Virus record (IMG/VR): IMGVR_UViG_3300008448_000099
Location: 1 to 56,328 of that record
Source of the DNA: a virus
Lineage: Duplodnaviria; Caudoviricetes
Reading direction: 5' to 3' (one strand)
DNA length: 56,328 nucleotides
Positions within the stretch are counted from its first letter, which is position 1, and every line of letters begins with the position of its first letter. Under the pieces are notes generated by a model, which did no database searches, had not been told where the DNA came from, and saw only the letters and a list, made by a program, of their open reading frames with translations. The position numbers were made by a program, and so were the translations under genes. This document shows positions 17,994 through 27,065 of this stretch, piece by piece.

Positions 17994-19016
17994 ATGGCAA
18001 TTACCCAAGGTGCTCCGTTACCCGATATCACGCAGACGACAACTAGAACCGATACTGCGCCTGATTACTACACTAGTTACCTCCAAAGCCTATCGGACGC
18101 CGCCAAAACAGGCATGGGGCGTACCGCAGAACAAGGAATTGCAGGGTATGACCCACTCCAAACCCTTGGTTATGGCCAAGTAGAAGGTGCTGCCGGGGCA
18201 TATAAACCCGGTCTTTCGGCAGCTACGGCAACAGCAGGAAAGGCTGCGGCCGGCCTTGATCCATCCCGTATTGCCGCTCTCATGGACCCGTATCAAAAGC
18301 AGGTCGTTGATGAGATGGCTCGGCTCCAAGAGCAAAATATCCAACGATCGGTTCTGCCGTCCCTAAAGGGTGCCTTTGTTGGTCGCGGTGACCTAGGAAG
18401 CTCACGGTACGCCGGGGCTACAGGGCAGACCTTAGCCGATATGCAGCGCAACCTGATGGGTCAGCAATACGGTGCCTTATCTCAGGGCTACGGAAACGCT
18501 CTGAAGGCGGCCATGGATGAATTAAACCTTCAGAACCAGGCGGCTCAGGTGCAGGGAAAACTAGCTGAAATGGAGCAGTCTTTAGGGCTGACCGGGGCAG
18601 GAGCCCTATCCAAAGCCGGTGCTGAGAAGCAGGCTTATGAGCAGGCTAAGTTGGACTTTCCAATGAAGACCGCTACCGATGCCGCCGCCTTGATGCGCGG
18701 CTTCCAAGTTCCGACAACCCAAACCGAAAAGTTTGTGGGGCCAAAGGCAGGGATGTATCAGACCTCCCCGCTTTCTAACATCCTTGGCGTTCTTTCTACG
18801 ATTGGCGGAATCAAGGGCGGATCAGCCGGAGACAAGCTAATTGGTAGCGTACTTTCTGGATTTAAAGACCTTTTCTCAGGTGGAGAAGGTGGAGGATTTA
18901 ACTGGGAAGAATGGGCAAAGACTGCATCCGGCACCCCTGGGGAAGGCTACAACTTTGAAGAAGAAGATTATGGCGGTCTTGCTAGAGGTGGTCTCGCTCA
19001 CATTCGCCGCCGTTAG
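17994..19016 (+). CDS. Putative DNA ejection (pilot) protein
   Basis: Q/A/G-rich helical sequence with 'MDPYQKQVVD' and 'GAF...GSSR', as in podovirus ejection proteins. Confidence 0.6.
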   Translation: MAITQGAPLPDITQTTTRTDTAPDYYTSYLQSLSDAAKTGMGRTAEQGIAGYDPLQTLGYGQVEGAAGAYKPGLSAATATAGKAAAGLDPSRIAALMDPYQKQVVDEMARLQEQNIQRSVLPSLKGAFVGRGDLGSSRYAGATGQTLADMQRNLMGQQYGALSQGYGNALKAAMDELNLQNQAAQVQGKLAEMEQSLGLTGAGALSKAGAEKQAYEQAKLDFPMKTATDAAALMRGFQVPTTQTEKFVGPKAGMYQTSPLSNILGVLSTIGGIKGGSAGDKLIGSVLSGFKDLFSGGEGGGFNWEEWAKTASGTPGEGYNFEEEDYGGLARGGLAHIRRR

Positions 19017-19025
19017 GAATTAGAC

Positions 19026-20576
19026 ATGGCAAAAGAAACTTCCTTTGGCTTTCTACCGGGTAGCGACCCGGATGCGATGAAGGCAAATCTTGACTATCAA
19101 GAGGCGCTTGCACGGATGCAGGAAGCCCTTGATGCCCGCAAAAACCGAATGTTCGACCCTGAGATGCTTGCCTTGGCATCAGGCTTTTTGGCTCCTACGC
19201 AGACCGGAGGCTTTGGTGAGTCTCTTGGATATGCCGCTAAAAATATGCGGGAAGCCCAGATGCAGCAAGAAAAGGAAGAGCGTGAGATTGCTCAGGCTCA
19301 ACTAGGACTTGCCGGTAAGGGTCTTGAACTTGAGCGGATGCGTCAGCGTGACCGTCAATTTGAGAGCATGATGGGGCCACAGGGCGCTCCTAAAGGTGCT
19401 CTGCCTACCGGCGCTCCTGAGGCAAAGGGTGCTCTACCGGCTCCTCCAAAGGGATTTGAAGGCACAGAAGGTATTCCGGTCGCTCCTCCCAATCCGTCCT
19501 TTATGACCGGCCGTCAGTACCTTGGCATGGCTCGCATGGACCCATCGATCTCCCCAACCGCGGCAATGAAAGAGGCCCAGAAGATGGAGATGGATCGGTA
19601 TCAGGTGCGTGAGGGCGGCGTTCAGGACTTGGCTTCAGGTATGTACTATCCGTTCCCGAAGGGCGAAACGGTCAAACGTCAGATCTTTGGTTATTCGGGT
19701 GAGTTCAATGTGGACGCCCGGACTGCTGCGCTTCTCGATATGTACGCCGCAAACGGTGACCCGCGCTATTACGACCTGGCTAAGAGGGTTGTGGAAGGTC
19801 CTAAGGCTCCTCCAAAACCGGGTGAAAAGGTTGCAGGAGCTGAGGGCGAGCGGATGAAGTCTGCGACTGAGGTTGAGGCTGAAAGAGCAGCGGCAACAGA
19901 ATCCGCTAAAGAGCGGGCTAAGGCTCAGGAAGATGAGCGTAAGAGAACCATTGAAGCAGGCTCTGATGCCGCCTCCCGTATTGGTACCTATCGTCAGCTT
20001 GAGCGGATCGCTAGCGGCCCGAATGCTAAGGCGATTTTCGGTATCTTTGAGCGCCCAGGCGTGTTTGAGCAGATTGGAAAACTTGTGGAAAGCGGTATCG
20101 GTAACCCTAAGTTTACGGTCGGTGTCCCCGCTATCCGCGAGATTATGACCAACGCAGGGCTACCGCAGAACCTGATCGATCAGTCTCAGTTGGCTCTCTC
20201 CCTGATGGCTAACGTCCAACTACAGATGAGCCGGCTTCAGCAGGGTCAGGGTGCGGTATCTGACTATGAGCGCCAATTGTTTGGTCAGGCCGCAATCACC
20301 AAGACAGACAACCCGCAGACGATTCTTGCCAAACTTGACCTGCTACGGGCTCGCGCTGAGTTCGATCGTGAAGTTTCTAAGGCTGCCCGTGGATATAAGG
20401 GCAATATCGATGACTTCAAGCTCAGCCCTGAGTATGAGCGCATGGTTTCAAGTTATGAAGACAAACTTGGGGCGATTATTGATGCCCGCCTAAGCGGATC
20501 AATCACGCCTCCGGCGCGTAGCCGTCCTTCAGGCGGTCGTGACAATCAAGGCGCAGCCTCCCGTTTACCGGTCTAG
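19026..20576 (+). CDS. Putative DNA ejection protein
   Basis: 'LALASGFLAPTQTGGFGESLG' and 'GQGAVSDYER' with coiled-coil stretches. Lies in the ejection block. Confidence 0.6.
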   Translation: MAKETSFGFLPGSDPDAMKANLDYQEALARMQEALDARKNRMFDPEMLALASGFLAPTQTGGFGESLGYAAKNMREAQMQQEKEEREIAQAQLGLAGKGLELERMRQRDRQFESMMGPQGAPKGALPTGAPEAKGALPAPPKGFEGTEGIPVAPPNPSFMTGRQYLGMARMDPSISPTAAMKEAQKMEMDRYQVREGGVQDLASGMYYPFPKGETVKRQIFGYSGEFNVDARTAALLDMYAANGDPRYYDLAKRVVEGPKAPPKPGEKVAGAEGERMKSATEVEAERAAATESAKERAKAQEDERKRTIEAGSDAASRIGTYRQLERIASGPNAKAIFGIFERPGVFEQIGKLVESGIGNPKFTVGVPAIREIMTNAGLPQNLIDQSQLALSLMANVQLQMSRLQQGQGAVSDYERQLFGQAAITKTDNPQTILAKLDLLRARAEFDREVSKAARGYKGNIDDFKLSPEYERMVSSYEDKLGAIIDARLSGSITPPARSRPSGGRDNQGAASRLPV

Positions 20577-20585
20577 GGGTGAGGA

Positions 20586-21926
20586 ATGGAACTATCTTTC
20601 TATAAAAACCTAAACCCAACGCAAAAGGCTTTTGCTGACCGTATTGCGGCCAAAGCAAAAGAGATGGGGATACCCCCTGAGCTTGCCGTATCGGTTGCCT
20701 TCCAAGAAAGCGGCCTGAATCCTCAGGTCGGTAAGGGTGCCGCCGGTGAGATCGGCATCATGCAGATCAAGCCTGCAACGGCCAAAGAGATGGGCTTTAG
20801 CCTTGATGATCTAGCCGACCCAATGAAGAACATTGAGGCCGGTCTTTCCTACCTAAAGAAGTCCTATGAACTAAGCGAAGGCAACCCGAAGTTAGCCGCC
20901 GCAGGGTACAACGCAGGCGTCAATCACCCGTTCTTCAGCTCTAAAGATCAGACCCTGCCTGACACCACGGTCAACTACCTGAAGAGCCTAAACACCTTCG
21001 GTGCGTTTACTGGAGCCCCCGAGAAGAAGACGGTTGAGTTTCAAGAGCCTCCTCCAAGCCAGGAAGCGATCAACCTTCAACAAGAGATTGATAAGGTTGA
21101 TGAAGGCGTTGCCCGTGGGCGTGGTCAGTTAATCGGGGGCGCTTTGGGTGCCGCTGAGACTGCTCGTCGAGCCGCGGTTCCAGCCGCTAGAGGTGCCGCT
21201 AAGTTCCTTGGAAGCGCTATGGAAGAGGGAAGGCTTGCCGCTGAAGCAAAAGCCGCAGCACAGAAACCCCCTATAGGCGGCACGATGGCTCCCGGATTGG
21301 CTTCTGAGTCAACATCCATGAACCGCATCCTACAAGGCACCACGGACGATGCAGGCACTACAGGACGGGCTCGGATGCAGGGATTCAATGTAGAGACCGC
21401 TCAGCAGGCGGCAAGGGCTAAAGAAGCCGCCCGTAATATCGGGGCTCTTCAGCGTCAAGGATTGGTTGCTCAGGGTGTTCCTGACCCATTTGCAAAGGGT
21501 CCAGGCATGACATCTTCTCCGTCAGGGGTTATCTACCCACGGACACCGCCTGTGACTAAGATGCCTCCTGCGGTTCCTAAAAGCGGTCTAGATGAGGTCA
21601 CAGAACTCTTCCGTAAGATGATTGAGCCGGGATCGAAACTCCGCACGGCGGGCGGTGTAGCGATGCGCTATGGGGCTCCTCCGCTTGCTCTGATGCAGGC
21701 AGGTAGCGAGACAGGGGCGATGATCAGCGAAGGCCGTAAAGAGCAGCCTGACTATCTAAAAGCGGGTCTGTCGGGTCTTGGAGCGATCGGCGCAGGAATG
21801 TCGATGTTCCCGGCTACCGCTCCCGTAGGTATCCCGCTTGCAGTTACGGCACCACTTATTCAGTACCTTAGAGAAACAAAATCGGAGCGGCCTGAGGGTC
21901 AGATCTCAGATATTGCCGCTCCATAA
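20586..21926 (+). CDS. Virion-associated lytic transglycosylase (SLT/GH23) ejection protein
   Basis: SLT motifs 'QESG', 'GIMQI.PATA', 'NI.AG..YL' and 'AAAGYNAG' at the N-terminus, with a hydrophobic C-terminal segment. Confidence 0.88.
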   Translation: MELSFYKNLNPTQKAFADRIAAKAKEMGIPPELAVSVAFQESGLNPQVGKGAAGEIGIMQIKPATAKEMGFSLDDLADPMKNIEAGLSYLKKSYELSEGNPKLAAAGYNAGVNHPFFSSKDQTLPDTTVNYLKSLNTFGAFTGAPEKKTVEFQEPPPSQEAINLQQEIDKVDEGVARGRGQLIGGALGAAETARRAAVPAARGAAKFLGSAMEEGRLAAEAKAAAQKPPIGGTMAPGLASESTSMNRILQGTTDDAGTTGRARMQGFNVETAQQAARAKEAARNIGALQRQGLVAQGVPDPFAKGPGMTSSPSGVIYPRTPPVTKMPPAVPKSGLDEVTELFRKMIEPGSKLRTAGGVAMRYGAPPLALMQAGSETGAMISEGRKEQPDYLKAGLSGLGAIGAGMSMFPATAPVGIPLAVTAPLIQYLRETKSERPEGQISDIAAP

Positions 21927-21967
21927 AGGGATGATCTCCTCTACTTCAGCCATGGAGTAGCTCCCAC

Positions 21968-22004
21968 CCCCTCCCTCTATCTCCTCAGGGGGAGGGGTTT
22001 TTTT
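21968..22004 (+). terminator. Intrinsic terminator ending the structural operon
   Basis: cccctccctct / agggggagggg stem followed by a T7 run, between convergent genes. Confidence 0.8.
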
Positions 22005-22269
22005 ATTTAATACCGTGAAACCGCTCTACCGCTCGGATTAAAGTCTTGACCCGATTGAAGAGCTCATCGCCGTTTTCGGTCAGGCAGGTGTTGATCATAA
22101 AGTCCACCACCTCATTGTCGTCCATCGGCTTTTTTTGAGCCAAGGCAAATGCGGCTATCTTCTGCCCGAACTCAAGGACGTCCACCCCATCAGCGTAAAA
22201 GCCGTCAGGGTCTCGATTGTCGCAATGAAAAAATACTTGTTTGATGTCTTCGGTTTTAAGCATGATCAC
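22003..22269 (-). CDS. Hypothetical protein
   Basis: Last gene of the leftward operon, overlapping the nuclease stop. Confidence 0.65.
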   Translation of the reverse strand: MIMLKTEDIKQVFFHCDNRDPDGFYADGVDVLEFGQKIAAFALAQKKPMDDNEVVDFMINTCLTENGDELFNRVKTLIRAVERFHGIK

Positions 22270-23039
22270 TTGTAGTTGTTTTTAAGTTGCCAAAAGTCCA
22301 AGAGAGCCCTAAACATCTTCCACCCACGGACTAGGTCATCGGGGCTCCACTCCTTGATGACGGTCAATCCGGGAACGGATCGGGATACGAACACATTTGC
22401 ACACCGGGCGGCCGGCATATTGAAGCCCATCCGATAGGCGGCAAGTTGCATCAGGTGCTCGTCGTAGCCCTCAACCTTGGACGGATCGTCAAACTCCTTG
22501 GTCTTGATATCGATGATGATTCCGACCTTAGAGTCTGTCTCGCTTCGGGCGTACATATCGCACTTACCCCCAAAGCCGAGCTCATGGGAAAAGGACGCCT
22601 CACAGACCCAATTCTGATCACCAAAGGTACGAACGATCTCTGTGTCGCACCCGGCAACGTACTCAGCGTATGGCCATCCCTTCTTGTCCTCATAGTGCTG
22701 TTGGATGGCGGCGTGGATCTTGGTGCCCTCATCAGCGGCGGCTCGACCCTGCTCCTTTGAGTCTTCCATGATCCGGTCAAGGTAAGACTCCTCAGACTCG
22801 TTATCACGGCGTGGGAGGGTTAGGGAGGCAAAAAGCACCTGCTGCATCTTCCACTTTTCAAGCCCAGGCTTAGCCGCAACATTCAGGATGGTCGTGACCG
22901 ATGGAACCAAGTCCAATGATCGCGCATCCCGAAGGGTGGTGTTTCGCTCCTTACCGTTCTTGCCGACAATTGTGTACATCGGATTGCCGTTGCGGGTGTA
23001 CCAATGCCCCGCCTCAGAGGTGTAGGTCGATACCTTCAT
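22266..23039 (-). CDS. PD-(D/E)XK exonuclease-like protein (recombination)
   Basis: Motifs 'PSVTTIL', 'GTKIHAAI', 'GGKCD...IIDIKT' and 'QLAAY'. Confidence 0.82.
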   Translation of the reverse strand: MKVSTYTSEAGHWYTRNGNPMYTIVGKNGKERNTTLRDARSLDLVPSVTTILNVAAKPGLEKWKMQQVLFASLTLPRRDNESEESYLDRIMEDSKEQGRAAADEGTKIHAAIQQHYEDKKGWPYAEYVAGCDTEIVRTFGDQNWVCEASFSHELGFGGKCDMYARSETDSKVGIIIDIKTKEFDDPSKVEGYDEHLMQLAAYRMGFNMPAARCANVFVSRSVPGLTVIKEWSPDDLVRGWKMFRALLDFWQLKNNYK

Positions 23040-23197
23040 GCTAACCCCGCAAGGCGAGCCGCTTTCTTAGCCGCCTGATAAGCCCTACGCATACCCTTGG
23101 ACTTCACGGTGCCGCGGGAGTCTTGTTCGTAGGTACGCTCCTCACCGGGGTGAAAGCCTACCGCCTTACGAATTTTCTTGGCTTTCCTGAGGTTCAT
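23036..23197 (-). CDS. Small basic hypothetical protein
   Basis: GGAG RBS before ATG (MNLRKAKK...). Confidence 0.55.
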   Translation of the reverse strand: MNLRKAKKIRKAVGFHPGEERTYEQDSRGTVKSKGMRRAYQAAKKAARLAGLA

Positions 23198-23414
23198 CTT
23201 TGATCTCCGCAAAGTGTTTCTGAAGGTTATTGGCAACGATAAACCCACCAAAGTCTAAAAGGTCGTTGCTTCGGTGCATGATGCCGTTGATAAACATCTG
23301 AAAGATCAGGGCGACTTCTTTTGCCGTGATGTCATCAGTAGGCACAAATGCGATCGAATGGTCTCCGTTTTGGATGCGAATGCCACCTACGGGAATTGTT
23401 TTGTTATCTTCCAT
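23166..23414 (-). CDS. Hypothetical protein
   Basis: GAGGAG RBS before ATG (MEDNKTIPV...). Confidence 0.6.
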   Translation of the reverse strand: MEDNKTIPVGGIRIQNGDHSIAFVPTDDITAKEVALIFQMFINGIMHRSNDLLDFGGFIVANNLQKHFAEIKDEPQESQENS

Positions 23415-23422
23415 AATCTCCT

Positions 23423-23590
23423 CTACCAAATTCCAAACCAGATACCGGTGCCATGAACCCAAGCAATCGGGAAAAACAAAGCTCCAGCAATTAAGAACCC
23501 CCACCGTTCATCGGCAAGGCACGCAATGATATGGGTCAGCCACGACCCAATAACCCAAAACAAAAAGGCAAAGCCCCAAAACTCTCTCAT
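23423..23590 (-). CDS. 55-aa Trp-rich two-TM membrane protein (not in ORF track)
   Basis: MREFWGFAFLFWVIGSWLTHIIACLADERWGFLIAGALFFPIAWVHGTGIWFGIW. ATGA overlap with the upstream gene and an AAGGAG RBS. Confidence 0.7.
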   Translation of the reverse strand: MREFWGFAFLFWVIGSWLTHIIACLADERWGFLIAGALFFPIAWVHGTGIWFGIW

Positions 23591-23787
23591 CTCCGCTCCT
23601 TCACAAGGACATATTTTGCAAACTTCTTGCCATTCCTATGCACAATATGCGTGGTAATTATGTGTCCGTAATCTTTGAGGTCTTTAATCCGGGCGGCTAG
23701 TCGAAAGCACCCAAAAAGGCGAAGAGCATCCATCGCCGTGATTGGGTGTTTCTTCATATAAGCCAAGATGTCGTTTGCTTGACTCAT
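23587..23787 (-). CDS. Small winged-HTH DNA-binding protein
   Basis: 'IL..M....IT..DA...FGCFRLAARI.DLK..G..I.T' pattern. Confidence 0.72.
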   Translation of the reverse strand: MSQANDILAYMKKHPITAMDALRLFGCFRLAARIKDLKDYGHIITTHIVHRNGKKFAKYVLVKERR

Positions 23788-23795
23788 GACGCACC

Positions 23796-24440
23796 TCAGA
23801 ATGGGATATCGTCATCAAGCTCTTCAAAGCCGCCGCCCGACTTCTTGGGCTCAGCCTGAACCGGTTCTCCACCGTGTAATGCTTGCCACTCAGGTGAAGA
23901 CTTAATCTTGTTCTTCAGGTTCTCTGAGAAGGTATCGAACAACTCCATGTCGGGGTTCTCAATGTCGAACAACTTCAGTTCGTTGACGCCCTCAGGTAGA
24001 CCCGCCTTCTTCATGTTTGCGGGAACCGGATTGATCGCCGCAATGTTGGTGTAGGTTTTACCGTTTGACTCTGTGTGGGTCACATTGAGCATCGCCCATG
24101 CACCCAAGACATTCTTCAACTCAAAGCCACGAAGTTCTTGGGGGGTGAACTCACGGCCACGCCACATCTGAAGGTCTTTCCGTAGGGTCGACTTCTCCGC
24201 AAGGGTTACCGTAAAGCTCTTAGCAATCGATAGGGGGCGTCCGTCTTGGGTCACCAAAGGGTTGCCTTGGTCATCCTCTCCGTGAATCTCAAACTGAATC
24301 ATGACCTTGGGAAGATGCTTCTCCTTGCCCATGTACTCTGACCGTTGAGTACCTTGGTCGATGATTCGGTAGCACCGCGCAAGGTGCATCCCCGTTGGTA
24401 CCGCTACAAAATCTCCTGAATCTTTAGCCACTAATGCCAT
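23796..24440 (-). CDS. SSB-like / replication-recombination protein
   Basis: OB-fold-like N-terminal region and an acidic SSB-type tail 'EELDDDIPF'. Lies in the same operon as the exonuclease. Confidence 0.7.
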   Translation of the reverse strand: MALVAKDSGDFVAVPTGMHLARCYRIIDQGTQRSEYMGKEKHLPKVMIQFEIHGEDDQGNPLVTQDGRPLSIAKSFTVTLAEKSTLRKDLQMWRGREFTPQELRGFELKNVLGAWAMLNVTHTESNGKTYTNIAAINPVPANMKKAGLPEGVNELKLFDIENPDMELFDTFSENLKNKIKSSPEWQALHGGEPVQAEPKKSGGGFEELDDDIPF

Positions 24441-24588
24441 GTTTCCGCTCCTTTTTTCCTAATCCACATTCATACCTGATGAGTTCCCAATCTTGAGGCG
24501 AGGCTTTCCCTGCCTGGGCTCGCGCTAACGCCTCCTCTAATTCCTGCATTCGTTCCAACATGAGTTGGTGCATTTCTGACTGATCCAT
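24424..24588 (-). CDS. 54-aa helical protein, first gene of the leftward operon (not in ORF track)
   Basis: MDQSEMHQLMLERMQELEEALARAQAGKASPQDWELIRYECGL..., with a purine-rich RBS downstream of the leftward promoter. Confidence 0.6.
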   Translation of the reverse strand: MDQSEMHQLMLERMQELEEALARAQAGKASPQDWELIRYECGLGKKERKHGISG

Positions 24589-24622
24589 ATAAACCTACCT
24601 TTCCTAGTTGTACTACACCCTC

Positions 24623-24651
24623 ACCATATCAAATTTAACTTCAACATACAA
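24623..24651 (-). promoter_or_regulatory. Leftward sigma70-type promoter
   Basis: Minus strand TTGTAT-17 nt-TATGGT with a TG extended -10. Confidence 0.6.
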
Positions 24652-24656
24652 TACCC

Positions 24657-24685
24657 TTTACAACTCTTTTTTCTTAATGTAGGAT
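24657..24685 (+). promoter_or_regulatory. Rightward sigma70-type promoter
   Basis: TTTACA-17 nt-TAGGAT, upstream of the AGGAGG RBS of the Cro-like gene. Confidence 0.65.
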
Positions 24686-24712
24686 CGCATTAAATTATCT
24701 TAGGAGGTGATC

Positions 24713-24922
24713 ATGACCCTGCAAGAGTACTTTGCAGACAAGAAGAGGGGAGCCAAGGACGCTTTGGCTAAGGATTTGGGGATCTCAAGGACATGGATGA
24801 GCTTGATCATCAGCGGCCGGGAAGTCTGTTCGCCTGAACTAGCCGTGGAGATTGAGCGGCTTACCGAAGGAGCCGTCACCCGCAAGGATTTGCGCCCTGA
24901 TCTGTTCGGGGAGGTCGCATGA
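24713..24922 (+). CDS. Cro/YdaS-like HTH regulator
   Basis: 'LAKDLGISRTWMSLIISG...AVEIERLTEGAVTRKDLRPDLF' is the typical Cro/YdaS-like pattern. Confidence 0.85.
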   Translation: MTLQEYFADKKRGAKDALAKDLGISRTWMSLIISGREVCSPELAVEIERLTEGAVTRKDLRPDLFGEVA

Positions 24923-25569
24923 TTTGGTACAAGTTTTACCTTGCGGATTACATCATGCACACGCATCATTTGAGCGATGCAGAGGATCTTGCCTACCGAA
25001 GACTCATCGATATGTACTACCACGAAGAGAAGCCCATCCCCTTGGAAACCGATTCGGTTTCTCGCAAGATCAGGCTTGACCTCGATATAGTCGAATCAGT
25101 ACTCAATGAGTTCTTTGAAAAGACTCCTGAGGGGTATCGACATAGTCGTTGCGATAAGGAAATAGGTAAGTATCAGCACCAAGTCAGTATCAATCGTCAG
25201 TTAGCGAGCCGTGGTGGGAGGCCGAAGAAAACCGAATCGGATACCGAATCGGAACCCAACCATATCCCTAATCAGATATCAGATATCAGAAGTAAGAATA
25301 AAACCACTATGTCGGCAAAGCCGACCCGGTTCGCTGATTTTTGGTCGGTATGGCCATCAAGCAAGCGCAAGGTAGGGAAGGCGGCTTGTGAAGCGAAGTG
25401 GGTACGGCATGGGTTGGATACCGTTGCTGACCAAATCATCGCCCATGTCCAAGTCTTAAAAGGGTCAGATCAATGGCGTGAGGGCTTTGAACCTGCACCC
25501 CTGACCTACATCAACCAACGCCGTTGGGAGGATGAGACCCCCCAAACCTTCATCCGGAGGGCAAAGTGA
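24919..25569 (+). CDS. Replication initiator, YdaU/DUF1376-like
   Basis: 'WYKFY..DY...T.HLS..E..AYRRL.D.YY..E.P', 'GGRP' and a C-terminal 'F..FW..WP..RKVGK...P.TYINQ.RWED'. Contains internal iteron-like repeats. Confidence 0.8.
   Translation: MIWYKFYLADYIMHTHHLSDAEDLAYRRLIDMYYHEEKPIPLETDSVSRKIRLDLDIVESVLNEFFEKTPEGYRHSRCDKEIGKYQHQVSINRQLASRGGRPKKTESDTESEPNHIPNQISDIRSKNKTTMSAKPTRFADFWSVWPSSKRKVGKAACEAKWVRHGLDTVADQIIAHVQVLKGSDQWREGFEPAPLTYINQRRWEDETPQTFIRRAK
25045..25252. repeat. Iteron-like ACCGAWTCGG palindromes inside the initiator gene (putative origin)
   Basis: gaaaccgattcggtttc at 25045-25061, and accgaatcgg at 25231 and 25243. Confidence 0.55.
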
Positions 25570-25907
25570 TCGGGCATACCGCTCTAATCCGCATGAGATT
25601 GGCGCACAAGCGTCCCAAAGCGGTATGGGTATGGGTAGGTATTACCGACCTCCCGTGGGCGGCTTCTTGGCACCGCTATACCGATCTATGGGCGCATCCT
25701 GAAATCGTGATTGAGCCGAAAGATAACCTTAAATCGCTTGATTTGAGGTTCTTGACAGGGCTCCAAGTCCATGTTGACGGAAATGACACGACTGAGCGGA
25801 TGTATGCCGCCCATGTTGCCTGCATGAAGGCGGGGGCAAAGCAGGTTTTCACCCTTCATCAGGGTGAGTTGATCTATGACGAAGGAGAAGAAGTTGGAGT
25901 TTCTTGA
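25566..25907 (+). CDS. Hypothetical replication-region protein
   Basis: GGAGG RBS and GTGA overlap, between initiator and helicase. Confidence 0.65.
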   Translation: MIGHTALIRMRLAHKRPKAVWVWVGITDLPWAASWHRYTDLWAHPEIVIEPKDNLKSLDLRFLTGLQVHVDGNDTTERMYAAHVACMKAGAKQVFTLHQGELIYDEGEEVGVS

Positions 25908-26844
25908 GCCAGACGACATCGACTTTGCCGCCTACTTACAGGCGACAGACAACCATCAAAAGGTCAAGCCGGCATCGGACTACCTTGATGAGCTTGTGGA
26001 AGATGTCGCCCACCCGAAGGAGGAGAACAACCTTCAAATGCCTTGGACGAAGACCCATGGAGAGGTCGCCTTCCGTCCGGGTGAGGTGACCCTGTACGCA
26101 GGATCGAACGGCGGCGGTAAGTCATTGGTCACGGGTCAGATCGCTCTTCACCTGATCAAACAGGGTCAGAAAGTGTGCATTGCATCATTTGAGATGAAGC
26201 CCAAGAGAAGCCTTGAGCGAATGCTTCGTCAGTTTTCAGGGGAGAACATCCATAAGCCGCGGTACATGGATAAGGAAAAGTATGTCCGTGACCTGGCTAA
26301 TCGCCTTGAGAACTTCTCCCGCGGGAAGTTGTGGTTCTACGATCAACAGGGAACTACTTCAGCGCAGCAGGTTGTTGCCGTTGCTCGTTACTCAGCTGTG
26401 AAGTTGGGCGTGACCCACATCTTTATTGACTCCCTAATGAAGTGCGTTCAGGGAGAGGACGATTACAACGGTCAGAAGTGGTTCATCGACGAGCTCTGCT
26501 CTTTAGCGCGAGACCACAATGTCCATGTCCACTTGGTTCACCACATCCGGAAGTTAGCGAATGAAGAGTCAACCCCGAATAAGCACGACATCAAGGGCTC
26601 AGGTGCTATCGCTGACCAAGTCGACAATGTCTTCATGGTGTGGAGAAACAAGAAGAAAGAGCATCAGGCATCGATGGGGGTGGCGACCGATCCGCTTATG
26701 AATGACGCCATGCTGATGTGTGAGAAGCAAAGGAATGGTGAGGTTGAGGATTGGTATTCGCTTTGGTTTCACCGTGAGTCTCAGCAATTCGTTGACCGTC
26801 ATGACGGGTTGCCCATGACATTCGATGAGCATGGAAAGTTTTAA
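25876..26844 (+). CDS. DnaB/T7 gp4-like replicative helicase (helicase domain only)
   Basis: Walker A 'GSNGGGKS', 'SFEM', 'IFIDSL', 'HLVHH.RK', 'DIKGSGAI.D..DNV' and 'KQRNG'. Confidence 0.88.
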   Translation: MTKEKKLEFLEPDDIDFAAYLQATDNHQKVKPASDYLDELVEDVAHPKEENNLQMPWTKTHGEVAFRPGEVTLYAGSNGGGKSLVTGQIALHLIKQGQKVCIASFEMKPKRSLERMLRQFSGENIHKPRYMDKEKYVRDLANRLENFSRGKLWFYDQQGTTSAQQVVAVARYSAVKLGVTHIFIDSLMKCVQGEDDYNGQKWFIDELCSLARDHNVHVHLVHHIRKLANEESTPNKHDIKGSGAIADQVDNVFMVWRNKKKEHQASMGVATDPLMNDAMLMCEKQRNGEVEDWYSLWFHRESQQFVDRHDGLPMTFDEHGKF

Positions 26845-27065
26845 TGAATGTCTACGAAAAGCTCAAAAATTGGAAAGAAGGACAAGGCGATGATCAAGAC
26901 CGGCACCGCGGCCTTGTCAGGTGGGTCATCCGTATGCGGGTTGCAGACAGAGACAAAGCCCATGTCTGGCTTCAAGGTTGGAACCAAAAGCATCCCGGCT
27001 CTATTTTGGAGTCCGATGTCGTCGATCAATGGAAAAAAGGTAACCGCGGGGAAGGATGGAAATGA
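26844..27065 (+). CDS. Hypothetical protein
   Basis: TAATG coupling to the helicase. C-terminal 'QW..GNRG' motif. Confidence 0.6.
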   Translation: MNVYEKLKNWKEGQGDDQDRHRGLVRWVIRMRVADRDKAHVWLQGWNQKHPGSILESDVVDQWKKGNRGEGWK

